Positions 55,002 through 64,000 of a stretch of DNA of 64,000 nucleotides are shown here, piece after piece (within the stretch, counting starts at the first letter, position 1; the number at the start of each line of letters is the position of its first letter). Below the pieces are notes generated by a model that saw only the letters and a program-made list of their open reading frames with translations, was not told where the DNA came from and searched no databases. Location: contig JAQUTY010000003.1 of the NCBI GenBank assembly GCA_028694155.1, forward strand, positions 4,178 through 68,177, given 5' to 3'. A program made the position numbers and the translations under genes. This DNA is from Eubacteriales bacterium (GTDB lineage Bacteria; Bacillota; Clostridia; Christensenellales; CAG-138).

Positions 55002-55574
55002 TTAGCCCTCCAAACGTTCGCCATAAAGCATAGTATACACATCGGCTGCACGCAAAACCTTAACAACATATTTTGACGTTTCGGGATATGGAATGTAAGT
55101 AAGTTTTCCCTCATCGTTCACTCCATAACTGCTTTGCCATTCCAATGCCTTGCGTGGTCCGGCATTGTATGCTGCAAGCGCAACACCGACATTTCCGTCA
55201 AAATCTTCAATCATTTTGGCTATATAGTAGCACCCAAACTCAATATTAACATTTGGGTCAGCCAGCATTGACTCATTGTAGTTAGCAAAGCCAATCTCAG
55301 ACGCAATCTCATCACCGGTCGATGGCATAATCTGCATAAGTCCCGTTGCCCCCACATGACTGCGTGCATTTACGTTGAAGCTGCTCTCTGTATAGATGAT
55401 GGCGCATACCAGCGAGGTGTCGAGATTGTATTTTTCAGCATACTTCTCGATCGTTTCTTCATAATTGAGCTTGTACCGCATTTTCAAAACGGCTGGTGCC
55501 GCATAAAATATGATCACCAATATTAAAGCTAAGACTAAAACACATATCAATAAAAACAATACTTTCTTGTTCAA
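55002..55574 (-). CDS. membrane-anchored lytic transglycosylase (SLT domain)
   Basis: IIYTESSFNVNARSHVGATGLMQIMP and AYNAGP motifs. N-terminal TM helix. Confidence 0.88.
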   Translation of the reverse strand: MNKKVLFLLICVLVLALILVIIFYAAPAVLKMRYKLNYEETIEKYAEKYNLDTSLVCAIIYTESSFNVNARSHVGATGLMQIMPSTGDEIASEIGFANYNESMLADPNVNIEFGCYYIAKMIEDFDGNVGVALAAYNAGPRKALEWQSSYGVNDEGKLTYIPYPETSKYVVKVLRAADVYTMLYGERLEG

Positions 55575-56170
55575 TGACCCTCTTCCCTTCCCATGTCTGC
55601 CAATATTATTTGTGCCTGTCGGCTTAACGCACTAATGCTGCCGTTGTTTACACAAATGTAATCTGCGCAGCTCATTCGCTCGAAATCTCCGAGCTGCGCC
55701 TTCATTCTATCACAAATTTGCTTATCTGTCATTCCCCTACTCGATTTGAGCCTATTTCTGCGAATACTTGTATCAGATACGACAACAACCACCGCATCAA
55801 CAAGGTCAATCATGCCACTCTCAATAAGCAGTGGAACGTCCCAAACCACCACATCGTTAAGCAAATCAGACCTTTTTTTCAGCTCCTCCAGCACAAGAGG
55901 ATGAACTATTGAGTTAAGTCTTTTTAATGCATCTGCGCACGCAAATACTACTTTACAAAGCGCAGCACGGTCAATGGTCCCATCGGGCGATAGAACTTCA
56001 ATTCCAAAAGCATCGACAATAGCTTTTTTGCACAAAGAGCTGTGAATGTACAGCTCATGGACAATACTGTCTGCATCCAGAACGCAAATACCCAAGGCTT
56101 CAAATTGCTGGGCGAAGCTACTCTTGCCGCTGCCTATTCCTCCTGTAAGTCCTATAATGAAAGTGCTCAT
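55571..56170 (-). CDS. coaE: dephospho-CoA kinase
   Basis: IIGLTGGIGSGKS P-loop. ATGA overlap with the polA stop. The track start 56248 was trimmed. Confidence 0.9.
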   Translation of the reverse strand: MSTFIIGLTGGIGSGKSSFAQQFEALGICVLDADSIVHELYIHSSLCKKAIVDAFGIEVLSPDGTIDRAALCKVVFACADALKRLNSIVHPLVLEELKKRSDLLNDVVVWDVPLLIESGMIDLVDAVVVVVSDTSIRRNRLKSSRGMTDKQICDRMKAQLGDFERMSCADYICVNNGSISALSRQAQIILADMGREEGH

Positions 56171-58710
56171 TTTGTCTCGTACCAGTTTATGCCCTGTTTG
56201 GCTTCGGCAATAAGCGGAACCTTTAGTTCTGCAACCTTCTCCATGCACTTTGTAAGCACCTTTGCTACCTCATCAGCACAGTTTGGAGAGCAATCCACAA
56301 TCAGCTCGTCATGAACCTGAAGCACAAGTGTGGCATCGAGTTTTTCCTTTTTTAGAGTATTGGCAACATCAATCATTGCCATCTTCATAATATCTGCTGC
56401 ACTGCCCTGAATGGGCATGTTCATAGCAATTCGCTCTCCAAAGGATCGAATGTTGTAATTGCTTTGCTTTAGCTCGGGAATTGGGCGCAGTCGTGAAAAG
56501 ATAGTCTTTGCGTATCCGTTCAATTTAGCATTCTCAACGCTCATATTCATATACTTTTTCACGGACGGATAATTGTCAAGATAATCCTTTATGTATTTCC
56601 CTGCCTGCTTGACAGAGATACCAAGGTTTGTTGAAAGTCCAAAGTCGCTGATGCCATAGATAATGCCGAAGTTGACAGCCTTTGCTGCACTTCTCTGCTC
56701 TGGTGTAACCGCATCAAAAGGAACGTCAAAAACTTCCGATGCCGTTCTGCGATGTATATCCTCATTGTTCAAAAATGAGTTGACAAGACCCTCATCTCCG
56801 CTGATATGCGCCAAAAGTCTAAGCTCAATTTGCGAATAGTCTGCGCCAACAAGAACGTTGCCATCAGACGGAACAAATGCCTTTCGTATCTCCCGTCCTT
56901 CGCCTGTTCTGACGGGAATATTCTGAAGATTGGGGTCTGTGCTGGATAATCTTCCCGTTGCCGTTACGCATTGCTGGAAATGAGTCCTTATCCTGCCGTC
57001 ACTGTCAATGCACTTTTGAAGCCCATCGGCAAAGGTGCTGTCAAGCTTGCTGTAAAATCTGTATTTAATGATTAACGGCACGATTTCGTGCTTATCGGCA
57101 ATCGCTTCAAGCGATTCTGAGTCTGTCGAATACCCACTCTTGGTCTTTTTATGTGTGGGTAAATTTAGTTTCTCGAACAATATTGTTGCAAGTTGCTTGG
57201 TAGATAAAATGTTAAACTCGCATTCGGCAAGTTTGAATATGCGAGCAGATAGTTTTTTCATCTGTTCTGCAAATTCATTATGTATTGCCAAAAGTACCTC
57301 TCTGTCAACTTTTACTCCCGTACGTTCCATTTGGTATAGCACTTTTGCAAGTGGAAGTTCAATGGACTGATACAGGTGCATAAGTTCATTTGTTTCCAAC
57401 TGCCGCATCAGCTCATCGCTAAGCCTAAACAGGTCGGCGGCGGCATACTCATTTATTCCAAGAGCATCTTGCATGAGCACATTTAGATCAGGCGCGGGTC
57501 GGTTTGCGTGAAGGAGATAATCAACTATCATGGCATCGAACTCGACGTTTATATCATCAGTGTTAGCATAGTGATAAAGAGCCTTGCAATCATAAGTCAA
57601 CACTTTTGACTTTGTCATGATTGGAATAAGCGCAGAGGCTACGTCCTGTGGAGTGATAGCACAATCAAACAAGCTATCGCCATTTTGAACAACATAGCTT
57701 ACTTGCCAATTGACGGCAAAGCTGATGCTGTCACCGAACAAAACGGCAAGGCTATCAGTTGTCGTCATTTTTTCTATGGCTTTGTGCAAGTCGTCAAGAC
57801 CGCAAAGCACGATCTTCTCACTTGACTTTGATGCTATTGTCGGCTGCTTGCTTGACTTTGGCAGCTTGCCTGCAATATTTCTAAGCTCCAGCTCCATGAG
57901 CTTGTCGTATGCTCCAAACATTCGTTGAGCGTCGAACGCACAATCATCAATAGACAATCCCAGCGGAGCGTCCGTATCTATTGTACCAAGCCAATAACTC
58001 AAAAAGGCGTTGTCCTTTTGTTCAACAAGCCTATCGTGAAGTTTGCCGCTGATGCTGTCAATATTTTGATAAACTCCCTCTAGCGTTGAATAATCATTTA
58101 GGAGCTTGAGAGCAGTTTTCTCACCCACACCGGCAACTCCGGGAATGTTGTCTGAAGCATCGCCCATAAGTGCCTTTAGATCGCGCATCTGGCAAGGCTG
58201 CAATCCATACTGGTCATACAACACCTTGCGGTCATACTGAATTGTCTCGGTTATACCCCTTTTTGTCAATATAACCTTTGTCGAATCGGATATAAGCTGA
58301 AATGAATCCCGGTCACCGGTGACCAACAGAGCCTCTACGCCTTCTTTGCCACACGTTTTTGCAATCGTGCCCAAAATATCGTCCGCCTCATATCCCACAA
58401 GCTCGCAAATTTTTATTCCCATCAGCGTGAGAAGTTCCTTTATCTGCGGAATCTGTCGACGCAATTCTTCGGGCATTGGTTTGCGCCCAGCTTTATATTC
58501 TTGATATTTGTTGTGGCGAAATGTTGGTCCATGAACATCAAAAGCGACAAGAAAATAGTCGGGCTTTAGCTCAATGAGCTTCAAAAGCATTGCGCAAAAA
58601 CCATGCAGAGCGCCAGTAGGCGCACCATTTCTTGTGGTCATCTCCGCAAGAGCATAATGCGCCCTATACATCAAGCTATATCCATCAATCGCTATAAGAC
58701 GTTTCATCAA
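56167..58710 (-). CDS. polA: DNA polymerase I
   Basis: 5' nuclease domain (LVTGDRDSFQL). Polymerase motifs A (DYSQIELRLLA), B (RSAAKAVNFGIIYG) and C (QVHDEL). Confidence 0.96.
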   Translation of the reverse strand: MMKRLIAIDGYSLMYRAHYALAEMTTRNGAPTGALHGFCAMLLKLIELKPDYFLVAFDVHGPTFRHNKYQEYKAGRKPMPEELRRQIPQIKELLTLMGIKICELVGYEADDILGTIAKTCGKEGVEALLVTGDRDSFQLISDSTKVILTKRGITETIQYDRKVLYDQYGLQPCQMRDLKALMGDASDNIPGVAGVGEKTALKLLNDYSTLEGVYQNIDSISGKLHDRLVEQKDNAFLSYWLGTIDTDAPLGLSIDDCAFDAQRMFGAYDKLMELELRNIAGKLPKSSKQPTIASKSSEKIVLCGLDDLHKAIEKMTTTDSLAVLFGDSISFAVNWQVSYVVQNGDSLFDCAITPQDVASALIPIMTKSKVLTYDCKALYHYANTDDINVEFDAMIVDYLLHANRPAPDLNVLMQDALGINEYAAADLFRLSDELMRQLETNELMHLYQSIELPLAKVLYQMERTGVKVDREVLLAIHNEFAEQMKKLSARIFKLAECEFNILSTKQLATILFEKLNLPTHKKTKSGYSTDSESLEAIADKHEIVPLIIKYRFYSKLDSTFADGLQKCIDSDGRIRTHFQQCVTATGRLSSTDPNLQNIPVRTGEGREIRKAFVPSDGNVLVGADYSQIELRLLAHISGDEGLVNSFLNNEDIHRRTASEVFDVPFDAVTPEQRSAAKAVNFGIIYGISDFGLSTNLGISVKQAGKYIKDYLDNYPSVKKYMNMSVENAKLNGYAKTIFSRLRPIPELKQSNYNIRSFGERIAMNMPIQGSAADIMKMAMIDVANTLKKEKLDATLVLQVHDELIVDCSPNCADEVAKVLTKCMEKVAELKVPLIAEAKQGINWYETK

Positions 58711-60030
58711 TTACTCGCGAACTATATCATAAATCATCGGACGATATTCAGGTTTGTCCTCCGAAATTGTGAACGCTGAGTAGAACATATCAATGGCTTC
58801 CTGAAGTCTCGCTTCATCGTTGACATACATCGTGCAAAGAGCATCAGTAAGCTCTACACGATCGCCCAAACGCTTTTTCATTACAAGACCGACAGCAGGG
58901 TCAATCACATCTTCCTTTGTCGCACGTCCTGCACCCAGCATCTGTGCGGCTGTACCAATGCGTTCTGCATGGATTGAACTGATATAACCAGCCTGTTTTG
59001 GCATTATGTCGATATGACGCTTAACGCTGCAAAGCTCGTCAATTCGATCCATACAGATATACGACGCATCGCCGCCTTGAGCAGTAATCATCTGTTGCAG
59101 CTTCTTGAGACCTGCGCCGCTGTTAAGAGCGTTTTCTAGCTTCGCCCGTGCTTCCTCCTCAGTGGAGGCAAGATTGCTAAGAAGCATCATGTTGACACCA
59201 AGCAGCATGCAGACCTCATAAAGGGGATCGCCCTTTGCGATCTTGCCCGAAAGAAGTTCGACCGCTTCTCTAACCTCAAGTGCATTGCCCACCGCAAGAC
59301 CGAGAGGTTGATTCATGTCGGTAATAACTGCTACGCAATGTCTGCCGACCAATGCACCTATTTGCACCATCAAATGCGCAAGAATTTGTGCATCGGAGAC
59401 CGTTTGCATAAATGCTCCAGAGCCGGTTTTAACGTCCAAAACTATTGCATCTGCACCTGCTGCTAGCTTTTTGCTCATGATGCTTGAGGCAATCAAGGGA
59501 ATACTGCTGACAGTACCAGTAACATCACGCAGGGCATACATCTTTTTATCCGCAGGAACAAGATTGCCTGTCTGCCCGATTACGGCAACGCCAATATTGT
59601 TGACTATCTCTTTGAATTTCTCCATAGGTTGCTCGATGTTTACTCCGGGAATAGATTCGAGCTTGTCCAAAGTGCCGCCAGTATGACCAAGTCCTCTGCC
59701 CGACATCTTTGCAACCGTACCTCCGCAGGCGGCAACCAACGGGGCTACAACGAGAGTTGTAGTGTCACCAACACCGCCTGTTGAATGCTTATCTACCTTG
59801 ATTCCCCTAAGATCGGACAAATCAATAACATCACCAGAATGCATCATTGCCATTGTCAAGTCGGCAGTCTCCTGTTCGGTCATTCCATTAAAAACAACCG
59901 CCATCATGAATGCTGACATTTGATAATCCGGTACAGAACCAGACACAAAATTATTAACGACGAATTTGATCTCCTCATTCGTCAGGGCTTCTTTTGACAC
60001 CTTCTTTTCGATCAGATCGACCATGCGCAT
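58711..60030 (-). CDS. pdp: pyrimidine-nucleoside (thymidine) phosphorylase
   Basis: KHSTGGVGD, SGRGLGHTGGTLDKLE and a C-terminal PYNP domain. RBS GAGGAGG. Confidence 0.93.
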   Translation of the reverse strand: MRMVDLIEKKVSKEALTNEEIKFVVNNFVSGSVPDYQMSAFMMAVVFNGMTEQETADLTMAMMHSGDVIDLSDLRGIKVDKHSTGGVGDTTTLVVAPLVAACGGTVAKMSGRGLGHTGGTLDKLESIPGVNIEQPMEKFKEIVNNIGVAVIGQTGNLVPADKKMYALRDVTGTVSSIPLIASSIMSKKLAAGADAIVLDVKTGSGAFMQTVSDAQILAHLMVQIGALVGRHCVAVITDMNQPLGLAVGNALEVREAVELLSGKIAKGDPLYEVCMLLGVNMMLLSNLASTEEEARAKLENALNSGAGLKKLQQMITAQGGDASYICMDRIDELCSVKRHIDIMPKQAGYISSIHAERIGTAAQMLGAGRATKEDVIDPAVGLVMKKRLGDRVELTDALCTMYVNDEARLQEAIDMFYSAFTISEDKPEYRPMIYDIVRE

Positions 60031-60082
60031 AAGTATATCCTCCTCAAAATTAACTACATATAATCATATCACTAAATATGTC

Positions 60083-61564
60083 TCAGCGCAACGAATTTTT
60101 AACCTGATCGGCGTTCAACATATGCCTTATCGCGGACTTTACAACACTTTTGTCGGGATACGGACTACAACATTCAACCAAAAAAACATTGTCATACCGT
60201 GAAGTAAATTCCTTAGCCTCTTTTGAAAAGTGTCCTGCCAATATTGCAAGTGGCTTACCCTGACCTTGGCATATCTCTACAATTCGCTTCACCAGCTTGT
60301 TGTGCTTGACCGTTTGAATGTCCATGCTTCCCTCGCCCGTGATAACTAAATCAGCATTTTTAACGCTTTGGGCGAAGTTCAACCTGTCAAGTACATAGTT
60401 TGCACCATCAACAAGCTCTGCATTCAATATAGCAGCACAAGCATAGCCGATTCCTCCGCCGCTGCCTGAACCACACAGCGTAGCAGCAGACGGCATATTT
60501 TTTGACAACATCTCAAGACGTTCTTCAAGAACCCTGCAGCCATCTTCAGATGCGCCCTTTTGCCTTGCGTATACGTTTATCGCTCCATCTTCGCCTAACA
60601 AAGGATTGTTGACGTCACACACTGCTCGGAATGAGGCATCTTTGAGTCGTGTGTGCACATTGTCCGACACCACATTGAAATCGCAGTTGAGCTCAAATCC
60701 CAGAGCCTTTAGCATTCCAATACCACCATCAGCGGTTGTTGTTCCTCCGATGCACAGGGTAATATCCGTATAACCGCTGTTAAGTGCGTGGGCAATCATC
60801 TCACCCACTCCATATGATGTTCTATCTTTAATATTTATGTTTGAATCAAGATGAGAAAATCCAACGCATTGTGCACATTCAATAACAACTTGTCTGTCCG
60901 TTAGCACACCATATCGTACGACAATCTCATTCATAGAAGCATCATGCGCTTTGCAATACTCATACCTGCCGTGGCAAGAATATACCAATGCATCAACAGT
61001 CCCCTCTCCGCCGTCTCCCACGGGAACTGAAACGGTTTTGCAATTTTCGCATTCGTGCAGAGATGAAGCAATCAAAGCATTCAATTCGAGGGACGAATAC
61101 ACGCCCTTCATCGAATCGGCTGCAATTAAGAATGACGAATAGGGAATAGGCAATTTGTGAGAATCAACGCATTTAGGAAGAACCTGTTCGGCATCGCCTT
61201 CAATAACGACTGTTCCGTCAGCTAATAAATCACCTAATTTGATGCAATTGCTTGCAAAGCCTTCGACAATATTCTCCTGCAAAATTGGTTCGAGAGGATC
61301 GAGCTGCGACAAAAGTTTCGAGTTACTCTTGACTGTTTTAGAAAGAATCCTGCCTTCTTTAATGTTACTGACAGAAATCGTACAAACATAATGAGATGCA
61401 TCGCACTCGTGCTCAGCGGGAATATACAATTCATACAGCTCAAGCCTATTTATCCTTGCATGTACAGATGCTTCCAGAACTAAACGCCAGAATTCTTTCT
61501 TTTGTTCAACGGAAGGATTATCTGCAATGAATTGCAAACCAATAATAAAACCCGTAAAGATCAT
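60083..61564 (-). CDS. glycerate kinase with roughly 145-aa N-terminal extension of unknown function
   Basis: The glycerate kinase core starts near FLIAADSMKGVYSSLE and includes VPVGDGGEGTVDAL, IGGTTTADGGIGML and ITGEGSMD. ATG 61564 is 5 nt after GGAGG. Confidence 0.8.
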   Translation of the reverse strand: MIFTGFIIGLQFIADNPSVEQKKEFWRLVLEASVHARINRLELYELYIPAEHECDASHYVCTISVSNIKEGRILSKTVKSNSKLLSQLDPLEPILQENIVEGFASNCIKLGDLLADGTVVIEGDAEQVLPKCVDSHKLPIPYSSFLIAADSMKGVYSSLELNALIASSLHECENCKTVSVPVGDGGEGTVDALVYSCHGRYEYCKAHDASMNEIVVRYGVLTDRQVVIECAQCVGFSHLDSNINIKDRTSYGVGEMIAHALNSGYTDITLCIGGTTTADGGIGMLKALGFELNCDFNVVSDNVHTRLKDASFRAVCDVNNPLLGEDGAINVYARQKGASEDGCRVLEERLEMLSKNMPSAATLCGSGSGGGIGYACAAILNAELVDGANYVLDRLNFAQSVKNADLVITGEGSMDIQTVKHNKLVKRIVEICQGQGKPLAILAGHFSKEAKEFTSRYDNVFLVECCSPYPDKSVVKSAIRHMLNADQVKNSLR

Positions 61565-61670
61565 GGATACCTCCATATTTTTTTGTTATTATATCATGTT
61601 TCAACTGCAATCTGAATAAGTTTTGAAAAATTTCATATTGTAATGACGAATAATCATGTATAATGTCGTC

Positions 61671-62975
61671 ATGAAAGAAAGCAGAAGACAGAAGCGTGGC
61701 GACTCTGCGCTAAAATCATCACTGATATTTCGAGCAGTAATTATGACTTTATGCTCAGTTCTGCTGGTCGTATGTTTACTGTTTATAATTTCCATATATG
61801 CAAATTCAAACAAGGCAGACCTTGCCGAAGCGGAGGATCGCACAAGTCTGTCTGCCCAGCCAACAATAGAAGCAACAAATATTCCCGATGTCGAGACCCC
61901 CACTCCCAAAATCTCGGCACCTAATGATACTCCACAGCCTACGGATGAAATTATTGTTTCTGAGTATTACACTATTGTTCTTGGAGATGAAAATACATCT
62001 GTTGCCAACCTTCAAGTGCGGCTTATGGAACTTGGATATATGGATTATGACGAGCCTTCAAGCACATTTAATTATGCAACCCAATCAGCCGTCATGTTAT
62101 TTCAACGTGCTCAAGATATGGAGATGACAGGTATCGCTGACAGCACCCTGCAAGAGTTGATATTCTCTGATCAAGCACCTGCATATCAAGTGAAAATATC
62201 CGACTCCGGTGCAGACATTCGCAGCCTGCAATATAGATTGAATGAATTGGGTTATTATGACGCAAAAATAAGCGGATATTTTGGTCCAAATACCGAAGCG
62301 TCCGTATTAAGCTTTCAAATGCAGAATGGTCTTTTGGCAAATGGTGTAGTGTCCTATGAAGATTGGCAGCTGCTATATTCTTCCGATGCTTTAGCGTCTG
62401 TTAGATATGAGGAAGTCACGCCTAGCCCAACTCCCACAAAAGCGCCACGAACTCCAAAGCCGTCTACCAATTCGGGAGCAAGTACACCAAAGCCGTCAAA
62501 TACGGGGTCCGGAAGCAATCCTACCTCCACGCCAAAGCCCACTTCCTCCACAACTGGAGGCGGCTCGTCCTCGTATTCGCACAGCCCCAGCGGTATCATT
62601 GAATGTGCAAAAGATCAAATGGGCAAGTCGTATGTTTGGGGCGATGAAGGTCCCAATACGTTCGATTGCTCCGGATTGGTCTATTTCTGCCTTAAATCAT
62701 GTGGCGTGAGTACAAGCCGTGTAACCGCAAGGAGCTTTTCTCAAAAGTCCAGTTGGGAGCTTGTCTCCTCCATAGACGATCTTCGTGAGGGCGATTTGGT
62801 ATTCTTCAAAAGTGATACATCTGATGGCGTAAATCACACCGGCATTTACATTGGAGGCGGTCGTTTCATACACGCATCATCTTCTAAGGGTGAAGTTGTA
62901 AGAAGCTCATTCTCTTCCGATTCAACCCAATACTGGAACAGAAATTTCGTTTGCGGTAGACGAGTATTTGGATAA
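61671..62975 (+). CDS. NlpC/P60 peptidoglycan endopeptidase with two PG_binding_1 repeats and a Pro/Thr/Ser linker
   Basis: TM anchor. LQVRLMELGYMD and LQYRLNELGYYD repeats. Catalytic FDCSGLVYF...HTGIYIG...IHAS. Confidence 0.88.
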   Translation: MKESRRQKRGDSALKSSLIFRAVIMTLCSVLLVVCLLFIISIYANSNKADLAEAEDRTSLSAQPTIEATNIPDVETPTPKISAPNDTPQPTDEIIVSEYYTIVLGDENTSVANLQVRLMELGYMDYDEPSSTFNYATQSAVMLFQRAQDMEMTGIADSTLQELIFSDQAPAYQVKISDSGADIRSLQYRLNELGYYDAKISGYFGPNTEASVLSFQMQNGLLANGVVSYEDWQLLYSSDALASVRYEEVTPSPTPTKAPRTPKPSTNSGASTPKPSNTGSGSNPTSTPKPTSSTTGGGSSSYSHSPSGIIECAKDQMGKSYVWGDEGPNTFDCSGLVYFCLKSCGVSTSRVTARSFSQKSSWELVSSIDDLREGDLVFFKSDTSDGVNHTGIYIGGGRFIHASSSKGEVVRSSFSSDSTQYWNRNFVCGRRVFG

Positions 62976-63862
62976 TGGATATTTGCTCGCTCTGCCCCAG
63001 AAATTGTAAGGTTGACCGCCAAAAGTCGCAAGGCTTTTGCGGTTGTTTTTCTTTACCAAACATTGCAAGAATTGGTCTGCACCATTATGAAGAACCGCCC
63101 ATAAGCGGAACGAACGGTTCCGGTGCCATATTTTTTTCGGGCTGCAACCTAAGATGTGTGTTTTGTCAGAATGTTCCTCTTCGTGACAGCTCCTTTGGGG
63201 AACAATTTGACCAGATAAAGCTGGCAGACGCCATGCTTGAGCTGCAAGATATGCAAGCTCACAACATAAACCTGGTCACTCCGACACCGCATATCAAGAC
63301 AATTTCAAAAGCCCTAACCGTGGCAAAAAAACGTGGACTAACAATCCCAATTATCTACAACACAAATGCTTATCTGACCGATGAGGCACTCAGCATGCTG
63401 TCAGGATTGATCGACGTATATCTGCCTGATCTGAAGTATAAAAGTACTGAACTGTCAAAAAGATTCTCCGGTGCAGAAAACTATTTTGACAATGCCATAA
63501 CTGCAATATCGACTATGCGACAACAGGTTGGGAATCTGACACTAGATCAAAACGGACTTGTAAGCAAAGGTGTTCTTATTCGGCACTTGGTGCTGCCCGG
63601 CTGCACATTCGATACCCGTGACATTTTGGACGAGATACTGGCAAGGTTTAATTCCGACGCATATATTTCTTTGATGCGCCAGTATACCCCAACCAGCGGA
63701 CTTTGCGCACCACTTAACCGACGCTTGACCGATCGTGAATATCAAGGCTGCATCGATTATTGCGTTGCGTTGGGTCTTAACAATGTATTTTTGCAGGATA
63801 AAGAATCAGCTTCGTTCAAATATACTCCACAGTTTTCTAACAAGGTAGTTATCTCAAAATGA
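62975..63862 (+). CDS. radical SAM protein, PflX-like (pyruvate formate-lyase activase homologue)
   Basis: CNLRCVFCQN CxxxCxxC motif. N-terminal CSLCPRNC. TIM-barrel-length protein. Confidence 0.85.
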   Translation: MDICSLCPRNCKVDRQKSQGFCGCFSLPNIARIGLHHYEEPPISGTNGSGAIFFSGCNLRCVFCQNVPLRDSSFGEQFDQIKLADAMLELQDMQAHNINLVTPTPHIKTISKALTVAKKRGLTIPIIYNTNAYLTDEALSMLSGLIDVYLPDLKYKSTELSKRFSGAENYFDNAITAISTMRQQVGNLTLDQNGLVSKGVLIRHLVLPGCTFDTRDILDEILARFNSDAYISLMRQYTPTSGLCAPLNRRLTDREYQGCIDYCVALGLNNVFLQDKESASFKYTPQFSNKVVISK

Positions 63863-64000
63863 AGTTCTCGATGAAATATGCCACGCCGTCTTCTTTACAG
63901 GACGGAAGAATCATATTTGCTTGAGCTTTCACAACAGGATTTCCGTTTGCTACGCAGCATCCACACCCTGCCCATTCAATCATATCTAAATCGAGTGTAT
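63849..64000 (-). CDS. Cof-type HAD-IIB phosphatase, C-terminal part (gene continues beyond the window)
   Basis: Minus-strand translation ...DLDMIEWAGCGCCVANGNPVVKAQANMILPSCKEDGVAYFIENFILR, stop at 63851-63849. Not in the ORF track because no start codon lies within the window. Confidence 0.6.
   Translation of the reverse strand, partial: TLDLDMIEWAGCGCCVANGNPVVKAQANMILPSCKEDGVAYFIENFILR

Overview
Chromosomal window from a low-GC Gram-positive, Clostridia-like bacterium. It is densely coded (about 60 protein genes, 10 tRNAs) and has no rRNA, CRISPR array, transposase or prophage genes. Plus-strand blocks: metQNI plus an HExxH protein; lgt-pncB; a lipoprotein, then an Mrp/NBP35 ATPase, a UPF0597 cysteine-desulfidase-like protein and a DUF362 ferredoxin; mscL-tyrS-yigZ; a multi-Ig-like surface protein; a zinc-ribbon membrane protein with an ABC-2 exporter; PBP1A with an OmpR/HisKA two-component pair; a SPOR protein; rnhA; a Xer-like recombinase; lexA. 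Minus-strand blocks: ynbB-miaA-mutL-mutS-ymcA-like-miaB (Firmicute synteny); a small accessory patch (42.3-46.5 kb); an 8-tRNA operon; comEC-like; valS with a Val T-box; DUF885-rluD-lspA-slt-coaE-polA-pdp-glxK. Main leads: (1) a 28-codon uORF with 7 ATG codons, five of them within codons 10-16, between a promoter and a terminator in front of the methionine importer metQNI. This is a candidate Met-sensing leader-peptide attenuator where S-box or T-box control would be expected. (2) A LexA box shared by lexA and a divergent 65-codon Cys-rich gene, a candidate non-homologous SOS effector. (3) A 2.8-kb three-gene cassette bracketed by 25-bp direct repeats next to miaB, containing an orphan 3' gene fragment and an unexplained GC-rich helix-forming segment. 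All calls come from reading the sequence and recalling family motifs. No database search was run.
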